The position numbers and the translations under genes were made by a program. From the IMG/VR virus record IMGVR_UViG_3300043811_000226: a stretch of 64,000 nt of DNA; one strand, written 5' to 3'. This stretch comes from a virus. Within the stretch, counting starts at the first letter, position 1. Each line of letters starts with the position of its first letter. Of this stretch, positions 53,330 to 61,624 are shown piece after piece. Below the pieces are notes generated by a model. That model had not been told where the DNA came from. It ran no database searches and saw only the letters and a program-made list of their open reading frames with translations.

Positions 53330-54132
53330 TACCAGCACCCTCCCCCAGCACGCAGGTCCGCCGTGCCCCACGCCCAGATGTGCTTGATGCCGAAGCACTG
53401 CCTGCGCAGCTCGTCGCGCCTGTAGTGGTTGCTGCCGTAGCCTTTGAATATGTCGACCAGGGCGACATCGACCCCCTTCATCTTCGGCAGCTCCTTGTAA
53501 GCGTCGCCGAAGATGACCTCATCGACAGGGCGCGCCATGTGGAGCCGGATGCGCGGCAGCAGCCAGTCCACGAGCTCTCGGCTCTCCTCGACGAGGATAA
53601 TCTTCTTGACCTGCTTGCGCCTGGAGACCTCGACGAGCTGGTGTCCGAGCCCAAGGCCGACAACCGCAGTCGTCCCCTTGGCGAGCTTCGTCCCGTTGCG
53701 CAGCGTGAAGATCTCCATGGGTGTAAGACTCATCCACGGAACAACACGCCACCGCGTGCCGCACGAGTCCATGTCGTGCAGCGCGGGGATGACGACAGGA
53801 CCGTCGAAGAGAACCGTGCCCTTGTCTCGACCGTACACGGTCTCGAGGACGTCGCCGCGCTTCAACTTCTTCTCGCAGTAGAGGAACTTCTTGTTGGGCG
53901 AGAGCACTGCCTGCGCAGAAGTGCAATCGTTGCAGTCGTTCGAGTTGACCGCTCGAACCAAGAAGAGGCTGAATGGCTTGTATGTGTCGGCCAGAATGTT
54001 GAGCTCCGGCTTCCACTTCATGAGCGGGTCCCACGGCGCGCAGGCTGCGAGACGCCGCTCGACCTCCCGCTTCATCCGGTCTTCACGAGCCTTCCGCATG
54101 GAATCGGACAGAAGAAAGTCAGGTAGCAGCAT
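53329..54132 (-). CDS. SAM-dependent Rossmann-fold protein, spermidine-synthase/methyltransferase-like
   Basis: WMSLTPME, AVVGLGLG (motif I), ILVEES (motif II), FGDAY, VALVDI. Confidence 0.75.
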   Translation of the reverse strand: MLLPDFLLSDSMRKAREDRMKREVERRLAACAPWDPLMKWKPELNILADTYKPFSLFLVRAVNSNDCNDCTSAQAVLSPNKKFLYCEKKLKRGDVLETVYGRDKGTVLFDGPVVIPALHDMDSCGTRWRVVPWMSLTPMEIFTLRNGTKLAKGTTAVVGLGLGHQLVEVSRRKQVKKIILVEESRELVDWLLPRIRLHMARPVDEVIFGDAYKELPKMKGVDVALVDIFKGYGSNHYRRDELRRQCFGIKHIWAWGTADLRAGGGCW

Positions 54133-54135
54133 GGG

Positions 54136-54732
54136 TCATCCCTTTTCCTTGGTGAGGGCGGCAATCTCGGCCTGCGCAGCGGCCCTGATGTCAGGACGCG
54201 CTTCTTGGAGGGCCTTCAGCATATCGGCTTCCTTCTCAAGCTCCTGCTTGAGCAGGGCAGCGAAGCGAGGCCACACCTTCGTGCAGAAGCTCCACGCGTC
54301 TGGGTTGGGCTTGTAGCAAGCGTACTCGCTTGCCTGAGAGAACAACGTCTCGGACTGCCAGGCCATGTAGGCCATCTCGTCCGGCATGTCGAAGGCCTTG
54401 AGCTTCTCGACCTCGCCTTCATAGGCACTCCAATGAAGCCCAGTGTTCTCCTCACTAGCGTCGTTGGCCTCTTTCAACGCCTCGAGCAGCGCCTTCTTGG
54501 TGGCCTCCTCGTCGAAGACCTTCGCGTCTCTGCGACCATGCGTCAGCTTCTTGCAGAGGTAGTCCGCGTCGAGGTCGGCGAGGAACGCGCGGAACTCTCT
54601 GCCAGGGCTACGCCAGACGTAGGCGTAGTTGCCCCAGTCTGAGACGGTGCTGAAGAAGCCGATCTCGGTATCGATGACGATGATGGCCCAGCCTTCGTTC
54701 TTGACGGACGGGAGGTTGTAACGCTTGAGCAT
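54136..54732 (-). CDS. Hypothetical protein
   Basis: MLKRY start; FSTVSDWGNYAYVW...DADYLCKKL. Confidence 0.75.
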   Translation of the reverse strand: MLKRYNLPSVKNEGWAIIVIDTEIGFFSTVSDWGNYAYVWRSPGREFRAFLADLDADYLCKKLTHGRRDAKVFDEEATKKALLEALKEANDASEENTGLHWSAYEGEVEKLKAFDMPDEMAYMAWQSETLFSQASEYACYKPNPDAWSFCTKVWPRFAALLKQELEKEADMLKALQEARPDIRAAAQAEIAALTKEKG

Positions 54733-55253
54733 AGTGCCTTGTCCTTTGGTTCGTTCCTCATCGTGGTGGCCATCGGCAGATGACGCTTGCCGAGGAGCTT
54801 GTCGTTGAACTTGGCCATCTCCTTCGGGTCCCACGTGCAGTCGGCGAACTCACAGTCGTGGCCGTTAGGGTAGCGACGGCACATGTCGGGGCGCTCATCG
54901 TAGATGCTGCAGTCGCCGTTGAGCAGGACGTACTTGCATGCGTAGAAGTGCTGCGCTTGCTGCCGGTGCGTGTAAGGGTTTCGCGCCTCCACCTCCATCT
55001 GCAGCTGCGCGTTGTTCTTGCTGTCCTTGCTTGCGATGCGCAGCCCCTTGGCCGCCCAGCTCTCCCCTTTGAGGCGCATGAGCGGGTTCGCGGGGAAGTC
55101 GCCGAGGTAGATGAGCATCGAGTGGAGCTTGTCGATTTCAGGCCAGCGCTGCGGGTCGTCCTTCGGAAGCGAGACGTGGTGCAGCACCTCGGCGGGCGAC
55201 AACGAGATAGAGAACGACCGGCAGCAGTGGCCCGAACATGTACGCTTGGACAT
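54543..55253 (-). CDS. YkgJ-family Cys-cluster (Fe-S/Zn) protein
   Basis: CSGHCCRSF...CKYV...CSIYDERPDMCRRYP; the C-terminal ~60 codons overlap the next gene. Confidence 0.8.
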   Translation of the reverse strand: MSKRTCSGHCCRSFSISLSPAEVLHHVSLPKDDPQRWPEIDKLHSMLIYLGDFPANPLMRLKGESWAAKGLRIASKDSKNNAQLQMEVEARNPYTHRQQAQHFYACKYVLLNGDCSIYDERPDMCRRYPNGHDCEFADCTWDPKEMAKFNDKLLGKRHLPMATTMRNEPKDKALCSSVTTSRPSRTKAGPSSSSIPRSASSAPSQTGATTPTSGVALAESSARSSPTSTRTTSARS

Positions 55254-55606
55254 CAGTCTTCTCCTAGCTCACCTGGGTCGCCTTCTCCGGCAGCCCTAAT
55301 GAGCGCTTTCTTCTCAGCGGTCTCTTCACCACCGAACGTGTGAAAGCAATCCGGGCAGTAGAAGTACCTGCGCGTGTTGCCCAGGTAGTACTTCAGCTGC
55401 TTGTTCGGATGGCCGCAGTTCTTCACCTTCTCTTCGAGCTTGCGCTCGACTTCCGCGAGCTCGAGCTGCTGCACACCGAACTCGAAGTGCCTCTGCGCCT
55501 CCCAGTCCGTGCCGTCATCGAACATGGGCGTGGGAAAGAACCAGCGGTACAAGCCTGCCACGAAGTGCCGGGTCGCCATCTGGTAGCAGCGCTCTACTCC
55601 GGTCAT
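55253..55606 (-). CDS. Hypothetical zinc-ribbon protein
   Basis: CGH...CPDC. Confidence 0.65.
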   Translation of the reverse strand: MTGVERCYQMATRHFVAGLYRWFFPTPMFDDGTDWEAQRHFEFGVQQLELAEVERKLEEKVKNCGHPNKQLKYYLGNTRRYFYCPDCFHTFGGEETAEKKALIRAAGEGDPGELGED

Positions 55607-55842
55607 CGGCTGCGTCCGGCGCGCTTGGCCTTCTTGAGCGCGCGCTTCTCTGCGAGCTCGCTGCGGATGATGGTCTCGCAGACCATGGTGGCGACGGTGC
55701 TGAGCGGCAGGGTATAGAGCCGCCGGCGTCGGCTCGGCCTCACGTGGAAGTCGCCGGTGTCGCGGTCGATGAGGACCGTCCCCTTGTGCCGGCCGCCGGC
55801 GCCATCGAGCGTGCCGGTCACGGGAAATCTCGCGACGGTCAT
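55603..55842 (-). CDS. Small basic beta-rich protein
   Basis: 79 aa, ATGA overlaps. Confidence 0.7.
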   Translation of the reverse strand: MTVARFPVTGTLDGAGGRHKGTVLIDRDTGDFHVRPSRRRRLYTLPLSTVATMVCETIIRSELAEKRALKKAKRAGRSR

Positions 55843-56033
55843 CGCTTCACCTGAACGAGGATCCGCTGCATGACCGCGAGCGGGTCGACCTCGCTGTTGT
55901 GGGTGTCGGGCAGCGGATACTTCTTGTCCGACACGACGTACGCCTTGTTCCCCACGAAGACGAGGACAAGGTCTGCCTTGTTCAACGTCTCGTCGACGGT
56001 GGGGAACGGCAGATGTTTGTTCACGATCGGCAT
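55839..56033 (-). CDS. Hypothetical protein
   Basis: ATG preceded by the conserved GGGATAAGAAGCATGGAGG motif. Confidence 0.7.
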   Translation of the reverse strand: MPIVNKHLPFPTVDETLNKADLVLVFVGNKAYVVSDKKYPLPDTHNSEVDPLAVMQRILVQVKR

Positions 56034-56419
56034 GAAAGCACCTCCATGCTTCTTATCCCCCGAATCGGCGCATCATGTGCAAGGAAGAACGAGGCTTGGT
56101 CGCCAGGAGGTGTTACGCGCACGAAGCCGAGACGCGGCAGCATCCTCTCAAAGCGCTCGTTGAGCACACTCTCGACGTAGAGGGAGAAGCCGCGTGCGTG
56201 CAGCTCCTCTACAAGCTGAGTGAAGATGCCACACCCCTTACGCCTCACCGTCACGTTCGCTATGTCGAGGACACGCGGATGAAGCACGCCCTGGATGTAG
56301 CGCGGCCCCAAGCGCACGTAGAGCGTCTCGAACCCGGACCTTCGTACGTGCGCGTTGCTGTGGTAGCTCGGCTTCTTGTCGTGGTCCGCGATGAACTGGT
56401 CCAGGGTCCTTAGGCCCAT
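56021..56419 (-). CDS. GNAT-like acetyltransferase
   Basis: LDIANVTVRRKGCGIFTQL (RxxGxG-like acetyl-CoA loop), YVESVLN..F...LGF. Confidence 0.65.
   Translation of the reverse strand: MGLRTLDQFIADHDKKPSYHSNAHVRRSGFETLYVRLGPRYIQGVLHPRVLDIANVTVRRKGCGIFTQLVEELHARGFSLYVESVLNERFERMLPRLGFVRVTPPGDQASFFLAHDAPIRGIRSMEVLSCRS
56041..56059 (-). promoter_or_regulatory. Conserved promoter+RBS motif GGGATAAGAAGCATGGAGG
   Basis: 7 nt before ATG 56033; near-identical copies at 61114-61132 and 62818-62836. Confidence 0.7.
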
Positions 56420-56421
56420 AG

Positions 56422-56736
56422 TCACCCTTTCGTACGCTGGAAGCACACCAGGTTGTCTTTACCTTCCCATAACGCAGTGATGTACCCGTAGCCTTTAGTG
56501 CTACCAACCAGCTCAGGGTCTACACCCACAATGCCATTGAGCAGACCGAGGAAGCCGAAGACTGGGAGCGCACCCGAGTCACCCACTAGAGCTTGAATGG
56601 TCTGGTGGTTCAGTGTTTCTTCCGAGCAGCTGACGCGCCGCTCGAGCAGCGCCCCAATGTCTTTTCGTACGGCATCGTTCTCAATGAGCGCGTTCAAGCG
56701 CTTGATGATCTCATCTGCGAGCTCGTCGTCTTTCAT
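56422..56736 (-). CDS. Hypothetical protein
   Basis: 104 aa; locally lower GC3. Confidence 0.7.
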   Translation of the reverse strand: MKDDELADEIIKRLNALIENDAVRKDIGALLERRVSCSEETLNHQTIQALVGDSGALPVFGFLGLLNGIVGVDPELVGSTKGYGYITALWEGKDNLVCFQRTKG

Positions 56737-57083
56737 CGGGGTCTCCTGTGCGGTGGCAGTTTAGGGAGGTTCTCTGGCCTGAGTACTTCTGGCGGCGGTA
56801 CTTCTTTGCCTCGAGGCACCTGCCCAGAGCTCACGAGGTTCTCGTAATGCGTGTCGCCGCAGAACCGATCGAAGCAGTCGTTCACGTACGAGCGCTGCTT
56901 GACGTTGAGCATGTACAGCCGCCCGTTCTCCATGCGGTTGAGCATGTCGTGGAACGCGTTGGCGTGGTTGCGTAAGTTCTCGTCGTCGCCGTCGTAGCCA
57001 GCGAAGTGGTTGCCGAGCGCGCGCAAGCGGTTGAGGTCTTGCTGGATCTGCTCGTCTTCGCTCAGTTCCTTCTTCGTGAACAT
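56733..57083 (-). CDS. Hypothetical protein
   Basis: MFTKKEL start after GAGGG. Confidence 0.7.
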   Translation of the reverse strand: MFTKKELSEDEQIQQDLNRLRALGNHFAGYDGDDENLRNHANAFHDMLNRMENGRLYMLNVKQRSYVNDCFDRFCGDTHYENLVSSGQVPRGKEVPPPEVLRPENLPKLPPHRRPR

Positions 57084-57128
57084 GGGACCCTCTTGGGTTT
57101 TTCGTCTTCGAGCTGGTAAGTGTAAGGA

Positions 57129-57488
57129 ATGCCGACCGCCGCTTCCGAGGGACACGAGAGCAAGGCCAGCAGCAAGGACTCCGGCGACCCGCCGTCCCCG
57201 CAAGGCATCACGATGGAGTTCCTGGCGCAGCGGATGGAAGCATTGTTCGAGCAGCAGACGCTGCTTCTTCGGATGGTCAACCGGAACTCCGACCACGTCC
57301 TCAAGCTGCACCAGACTATCGACCCGCTGACGTGGAAGAAGCGCGCCGCCATCCTCTTCAGCGGTGCCTTCACCGGTGGAGGGACAGCGGCGCTGCTCGC
57401 GCACTTCCTTCTGCACTTCGTCTACGCTACGCCCCCTCCGCAGCCGCTTCCTGCTCCTCCGCCGCACGTCGAGCTCGCACCTCGTTAG
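57129..57488 (+). CDS. Antisense single-pass membrane protein with Pro-rich tail
   Basis: Coiled-coil-like region, TM AAILFSGAFTGGGTAALLAHFLLHFVY, AAGGA before ATG. Confidence 0.65.
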   Translation: MPTAASEGHESKASSKDSGDPPSPQGITMEFLAQRMEALFEQQTLLLRMVNRNSDHVLKLHQTIDPLTWKKRAAILFSGAFTGGGTAALLAHFLLHFVYATPPPQPLPAPPPHVELAPR

Positions 57489-57632
57489 GGCAGCCACGTT
57501 CGTGGCATGCGACGCCGCAGATGACGAGCGCCTCGCAGGCTGGACACTTCACGCGCCACGTGCGCTGACTGCGGCTGTAGTAACTCTGGTCGAAACCCTG
57601 CCCACGCAGGCGCACGCCCTGCCCAGCTCTCC

Positions 57633-58034
57633 TCACTCGTAGGCCTCAGTGCCGATGAGGTACTCCTCGACGTCCTTGGTCGAGACCGTGATGTGCTCCT
57701 GGCCCGAGATGGCGAGCTGACGGAGCAGCGCGCGGATCTTCAGGATGGGCTTGTCGCTGGGGCAGGCCGGCACCTTCGGAGCGCCCGCGAAGAAAGCGTC
57801 GGAGGCGAAGCCCGGACTGCCGCTGCTCCAACGACGTTCCTCCTGCAGCTTGGACTTCGGCATCTTGACGATACGGTTCACGCCCTCACCGCGCAGCCAC
57901 ACAATCATCGCACCGCGCCACGTGGACAAGTCCTCCTCGTACTTCTTGAGGTCCTTCTTCCTCTGGGCCTGCAGCTCCTCGAGCCGCGCCTTCAACTGCT
58001 TCGCGTACGCTACGGCCTTGAGTCTCGTCTCCAT
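57633..58034 (-). CDS. Coiled-coil hypothetical protein
   Basis: METRLKA start after GGAG. Confidence 0.7.
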   Translation of the reverse strand: METRLKAVAYAKQLKARLEELQAQRKKDLKKYEEDLSTWRGAMIVWLRGEGVNRIVKMPKSKLQEERRWSSGSPGFASDAFFAGAPKVPACPSDKPILKIRALLRQLAISGQEHITVSTKDVEEYLIGTEAYE

Positions 58035-58335
58035 GATCAGCGTCTCCTTTTTCTTTCGTCTGGGAAGACGGACCTGTCGTCCGTCCAATCGGTGGTCTGC
58101 TGGCGATCGTGGCCAGCACGGTAGTACGCGTCGTAGCGCCTGAGGGCGCGAACCAACGACTCCACCACAAGCTGCTTCTCGGTCACCTGCTTCATGAGTG
58201 AGAGCTCCGAATCCGTGATGAAGCGGAGCGGGTAGAGGTCTTCCAGTGCCTCGATGAGACGTACCTGCTGGCACGCGTACAAGGCCGCTTCATCGCGCGG
58301 CGCCTTGCCGAGACGAAGGCGCGGCCCGAGGATGG

Positions 58336-58851
58336 CTACTTCGGCTTTTCGGATAGCGTCTTCAGTGTGTCGTCGATCAGTGACGCCACGAGCTCTTTGG
58401 TCGTGGGCGCCATCTTCTCCTCCGCGACCTTCACCCATCGCTCGAAGTCCTCCTTCTTCAACGCCTCGAGCAGCGCCTTGGCCTGGCGCAGGTTGCCGAA
58501 GGTGATGTTGTAGTTCTTCTCCAAGTAGAAGCAGTTGAGCGCTACGCCTTCCGAGTCGGTCACTCGAGGAGAGCCCTCCACGACCTCCGGCAAGCACTCC
58601 GCGAACGCCGCGAAGGGCTCGAGGGCCTCACGGAGGTCCGCCAGCTGCTGCACCAGCCGGTTGATCTCGGACTGGGTGATGACCTTCACAGCGTCAGCGA
58701 CCATGCACTCCTGGCTGCACCAAGGATTGCCATTGGTGTCGAAGAACTTCGCCGTCAACTGGCAGCCTTTGAGATCGTCAGGGTCGGAGTTCTTCAGCCC
58801 CGAGCAGGGGATGCCGCCCTTGAGTAGTTCCTCTTGTTCTTGCTGGTTCAT
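58336..58851 (-). CDS. Hypothetical protein
   Basis: 171 aa; C...C...WCS..C N-terminal motif. Confidence 0.7.
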   Translation of the reverse strand: MNQQEQEELLKGGIPCSGLKNSDPDDLKGCQLTAKFFDTNGNPWCSQECMVADAVKVITQSEINRLVQQLADLREALEPFAAFAECLPEVVEGSPRVTDSEGVALNCFYLEKNYNITFGNLRQAKALLEALKKEDFERWVKVAEEKMAPTTKELVASLIDDTLKTLSEKPK

Positions 58852-59015
58852 TGTCCGCCGGCGTCAGCTTTCTCACAACGCGTGTGGAGCTCGCAGGTGC
58901 ACGTCGGGAACACCACCAGGAACAGGAAGAAGACTGCGAGCACGAAGAGGTACCAGAGCACCCACTTCTTCCCATCATTTAGCGACTGAAGGCTGTCGTC
59001 CGGGCCGTTGTCCAT
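58848..59015 (-). CDS. Small membrane protein (55 aa; below ORF-track cutoff)
   Basis: MDNGPDDSLQSLNDGKKWVLWYLFVLAVFFLFLVVFPTCTC...; AAGGA RBS; ATGA overlap. Confidence 0.6.
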   Translation of the reverse strand: MDNGPDDSLQSLNDGKKWVLWYLFVLAVFFLFLVVFPTCTCELHTRCEKADAGGQ

Positions 59016-59232
59016 GTCCTTCTCTCATCCGCCGACGCGCGGCGTTCACAAGCGGCAGCATCGCATCGGCATGCACCGAGAACCATTCAGGCGCGTCGAG
59101 CGCGTCGAAGCGTTCGAGCAGGCTCTGGTTGTCCGCCAGCAAGAACATCCTGCGAATGTGGTTGCGGTGGAACATCGCCATCGGCGTTCTACAATGCTCC
59201 TCGCAGTAGTCGATCAGCTCTTGATCTGTCAT
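58975..59232 (-). CDS. Hypothetical protein
   Basis: MTDQEL start after GGGGGAG. Confidence 0.65.
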   Translation of the reverse strand: MTDQELIDYCEEHCRTPMAMFHRNHIRRMFLLADNQSLLERFDALDAPEWFSVHADAMLPLVNAARRRMREGHGQRPGRQPSVAK

Positions 59233-59246
59233 GTCTCCCCCCATGG

Positions 59247-59432
59247 TTATCGTTTCCGTCCTCCACGCGCATCGTACGCGGCTTCAAGGCGCCTGAAGTA
59301 CAAACCGTACAACCTTCCGACCATCTCTTCTGCTTGCAGCGGGTCATGCTTCCACACGACGCGCGTTGCACGTTCAGCGTCAGCCAGTGTGATACGTGGC
59401 GATAGCACCTGCTCGAGTAAGTCGCGTCTCAC
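59247..59432 (-). CDS. Hypothetical protein
   Basis: 61 aa; GTGA overlap. Confidence 0.55.
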   Translation of the reverse strand: MRRDLLEQVLSPRITLADAERATRVVWKHDPLQAEEMVGRLYGLYFRRLEAAYDARGGRKR

Positions 59433-59704
59433 CGCGGGATGCCCTTCTGCGACTCGGCCTGCTTGTAGAACTTCTCGGCGAGCTCGCGGGTGAGGCGAAG
59501 AATGAGGCCCTTGTCACTGGCTGCCGTGCCATCGTAGCCGCTACCCCTGCCCGTCTCCCAGCTGACGACGAGCAGGCGCCATGCGCCGACCGTGGCGCTG
59601 AAGCCTTTGGCGCCTGGGGGTGCGTTGTCCATGGAGATCCATCGCGCGTCCTCAGCAGCCTTGTCGACCTCCTCAAGCACCTTCTTCACATCCTCCTGAC
59701 TCAC
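59429..59704 (-). CDS. Hypothetical protein
   Basis: GTG 59704 in GTGA overlap. Confidence 0.6.
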   Translation of the reverse strand: MSQEDVKKVLEEVDKAAEDARWISMDNAPPGAKGFSATVGAWRLLVVSWETGRGSGYDGTAASDKGLILRLTRELAEKFYKQAESQKGIPR

Positions 59705-59913
59705 GGCTTTACTCCATGCTGCTTCTCGAGCCACTCGTAGACGCCGTGCACACTCGGTCCGCATGACGTCTCACCCGCGATGTACTGCTTCTGCTTCTCG
59801 TCGTAGGTGACCGTAGCCTCAACGCCGCGAAGCTTGCAGAGCTTCGTCAGGCTCTTGGCCGTGTCGTGCTCGAGCTGGAACCCATCAAGCACCACGATCT
59901 GCATGTGCGACAT
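59701..59913 (-). CDS. Hypothetical protein
   Basis: MSHMQIV start. Confidence 0.55.
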   Translation of the reverse strand: MSHMQIVVLDGFQLEHDTAKSLTKLCKLRGVEATVTYDEKQKQYIAGETSCGPSVHGVYEWLEKQHGVKP

Positions 59914-59915
59914 GT

Positions 59916-60098
59916 CTAACCCCACTCCTGGTTCTTGTTGTTGATGTGCTTCCCCTTGTGCGCTCTGCCCTGCACGCATTCGCCGTACGACGCGCTCCAC
60001 GCGAGGCAGCGGTGGTCTGCGCAGTACTCAGTGCGGTCTTTGAGTGTCACCACGTTCGGGCAGCCAGGCGCCACGCAGTAGCGCCTACGCCTAGCCAC
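59916..60098 (-). CDS. Small Cys/His-rich protein
   Basis: C...C...YCADH.C...C...H..KH. Confidence 0.6.
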   Translation of the reverse strand: MARRRRYCVAPGCPNVVTLKDRTEYCADHRCLAWSASYGECVQGRAHKGKHINNKNQEWG

Positions 60099-60492
60099 GG
60101 TGCCTCAACCGCGCAGTCTTGTCTTCTCCCAGCTTCACCTCGAGTGTGTCGAAGAGCATCGAGAGGCTGTTCGTGAGACGACTGACGGCGCCCGTAGCGA
60201 TGGCAGCGTTGTTCGCGGCCTCGAGGGATTCGGTGAGCCGGCGTTCGGCCCACTTCAGACGCTCCTTGAGCTCCTCGTTCTCTTTGCAGAGCGCCGCACA
60301 CTTCCCAGCCTGTGCAGCGGTCTCGTTCGCTGACTGCTGCAGAAGCTTGTCGACGTGCTTGAGCGACGCCTCACGCTGCTCCAGAGCGACTTCCAGGGCG
60401 CGCTTGTCCTTTTCCAGAGCAAGGACCTTCTGTCGGTAGATCTCGAGCATCCGTTGTTCTTTTATGCTCATGGCATCCTCGGCGCTGGCCAT
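60091..60492 (-). CDS. Coiled-coil protein
   Basis: Heptad-rich 133 aa. Confidence 0.7.
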   Translation of the reverse strand: MASAEDAMSIKEQRMLEIYRQKVLALEKDKRALEVALEQREASLKHVDKLLQQSANETAAQAGKCAALCKENEELKERLKWAERRLTESLEAANNAAIATGAVSRLTNSLSMLFDTLEVKLGEDKTARLRHRG

Positions 60493-60641
60493 CGCTGATC
60501 ACGCAGGAAAGGAACGCGCAGGACCTCCAGAACGAAGGCGCCCGCTAGGAAAGGAGAGACCGCCACGAGCACGCTGAGCAGACCAAGCGTCTGCCGGCGT
60601 AGCTCGGGGGTGTCACCTAGCCAGGTGACCGGGCGGCTCAT
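60468..60641 (-). CDS. Small membrane protein
   Basis: TM LGLLSVLVAVSPFLAGAFVL; ATGA overlap. Confidence 0.55.
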   Translation of the reverse strand: MSRPVTWLGDTPELRRQTLGLLSVLVAVSPFLAGAFVLEVLRVPFLRDQRWPAPRMP

Positions 60642-60907
60642 GGCGACGGCACGGATACGTTGACGGTCTTCTTGTCGTAGAGAGAAGAGCCTGGCGGAGG
60701 TGCGAGGGTCTTGGCCTCGTTGATGGTGGGTGCGGGCCACCGCAATGCTTTGGCGCGCTGGGACCTTTGCTGCGCGCGCACGAGGCGCCGAGCATCGCCG
60801 TAGACGCCGAAGTGGAACACGAGGAAGCCGCCTAGCGCTCCGCTGGCGTAGCCGATGAGAAGTACGAGAGAGAACAGCGTGCGATGGTCTTGAATCATCT
60901 GGAACAT
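60638..60907 (-). CDS. Small membrane protein
   Basis: TM LFSLVLLIGYASGALGGFLVFHFGVY. Confidence 0.65.
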   Translation of the reverse strand: MFQMIQDHRTLFSLVLLIGYASGALGGFLVFHFGVYGDARRLVRAQQRSQRAKALRWPAPTINEAKTLAPPPGSSLYDKKTVNVSVPSP

Positions 60908-60922
60908 GGTCCTTCTCCTTTC

Positions 60923-61108
60923 TCAGAGGGATTGTCCGAACTTGTCGTAAATGAGGCAGCCGTCGACGTCCGTGTACGCCTGCAGCGTTCTGTTGTACTT
61001 CACCCCTCGCGCCTTGGCCGCGCGCTTGTTGACCTCGTGGTCGGGCGAGAAGTCGTGGTCGAAGTTCGCCGGCGTGACTGTGTCTCCTGGCTTCAAGTCA
61101 GTGTGCAT
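60923..61108 (-). CDS. Small hypothetical protein (own promoter/RBS, in frame with upstream endonuclease)
   Basis: ATG 61108 five nt after the conserved ...GGAGG motif. Confidence 0.65.
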   Translation of the reverse strand: MHTDLKPGDTVTPANFDHDFSPDHEVNKRAAKARGVKYNRTLQAYTDVDGCLIYDKFGQSL

Positions 61109-61624
61109 GGGGACCTCCATGCTTCTTATGCCGCTGGCCGCTTCTTCTTTGCCTTGGTGTAACTCAATGTAGTCAGCGGCGGACCGAAGAAGCTCAGGAT
61201 CATCACGTAGACTGCCTATGCCTGCATTGCATCTAAGGCACAACCAGTCGCGGATAGCTCCTGTCTTGTGGTTGTGGTCCAACTTGTACTGTGTGGGTCC
61301 TTTAGCCGTGAGAAGAACGAAGCAGATGGCACAACGCTGACCCGCACCAGATTCTCCGGTAGCGTTAGGCATTCCAGCACGCACCCGTTCTGTACGCCTC
61401 TTGCAGGCCAAACAAGCAGCAAACTTGTTCCGTGCCCCGCCACAAGCAGGACAAGGGTCTCCTGCTGTTTTATTACGGCAGCGAAGCACGCAAACCCTGC
61501 AACTACCGCCAGGTGTCCAGTCTGTCTCCCCACAAGTAGGGCACGGCAACTGTTCGGCTGCTCTTCTTGCTCTCCTCTTACTAGCGCAACGTCTGTTGCT
61601 CTCTTTGACGCTTTCTTTGCTCAC
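60923..61624 (-). CDS. EndoVII-like homing endonuclease with N-terminal Cys pairs (no stop of its own; reads through into the 61108 gene)
   Basis: CAIC...LDHNH..GAIRDWLCLRCNAGIG..RDDPELL.SAADYI; lower GC than flanks; GTG 61624 overlaps the methyltransferase TGA. Confidence 0.85.
   Translation of the reverse strand: MSKESVKESNRRCASKRRARRAAEQLPCPTCGETDWTPGGSCRVCVLRCRNKTAGDPCPACGGARNKFAACLACKRRTERVRAGMPNATGESGAGQRCAICFVLLTAKGPTQYKLDHNHKTGAIRDWLCLRCNAGIGSLRDDPELLRSAADYIELHQGKEEAASGIRSMEVPMHTDLKPGDTVTPANFDHDFSPDHEVNKRAAKARGVKYNRTLQAYTDVDGCLIYDKFGQSL
61114..61132 (-). promoter_or_regulatory. Conserved promoter+RBS motif GGCATAAGAAGCATGGAGG
   Basis: Near-identical to 56041-56059 and 62818-62836. 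Confidence 0.7.

Noticed and set aside
57427-57636. 69-aa - strand ORF with CPAC/CH..C
   Set aside because: Plausible zinc finger, but it overlaps the + strand membrane gene and lacks a clear RBS; left unannotated.
58037-58335. Gene filling the gap between 58034 and 58336
   Set aside because: A protein-like frame exists but I could not place a credible start codon.
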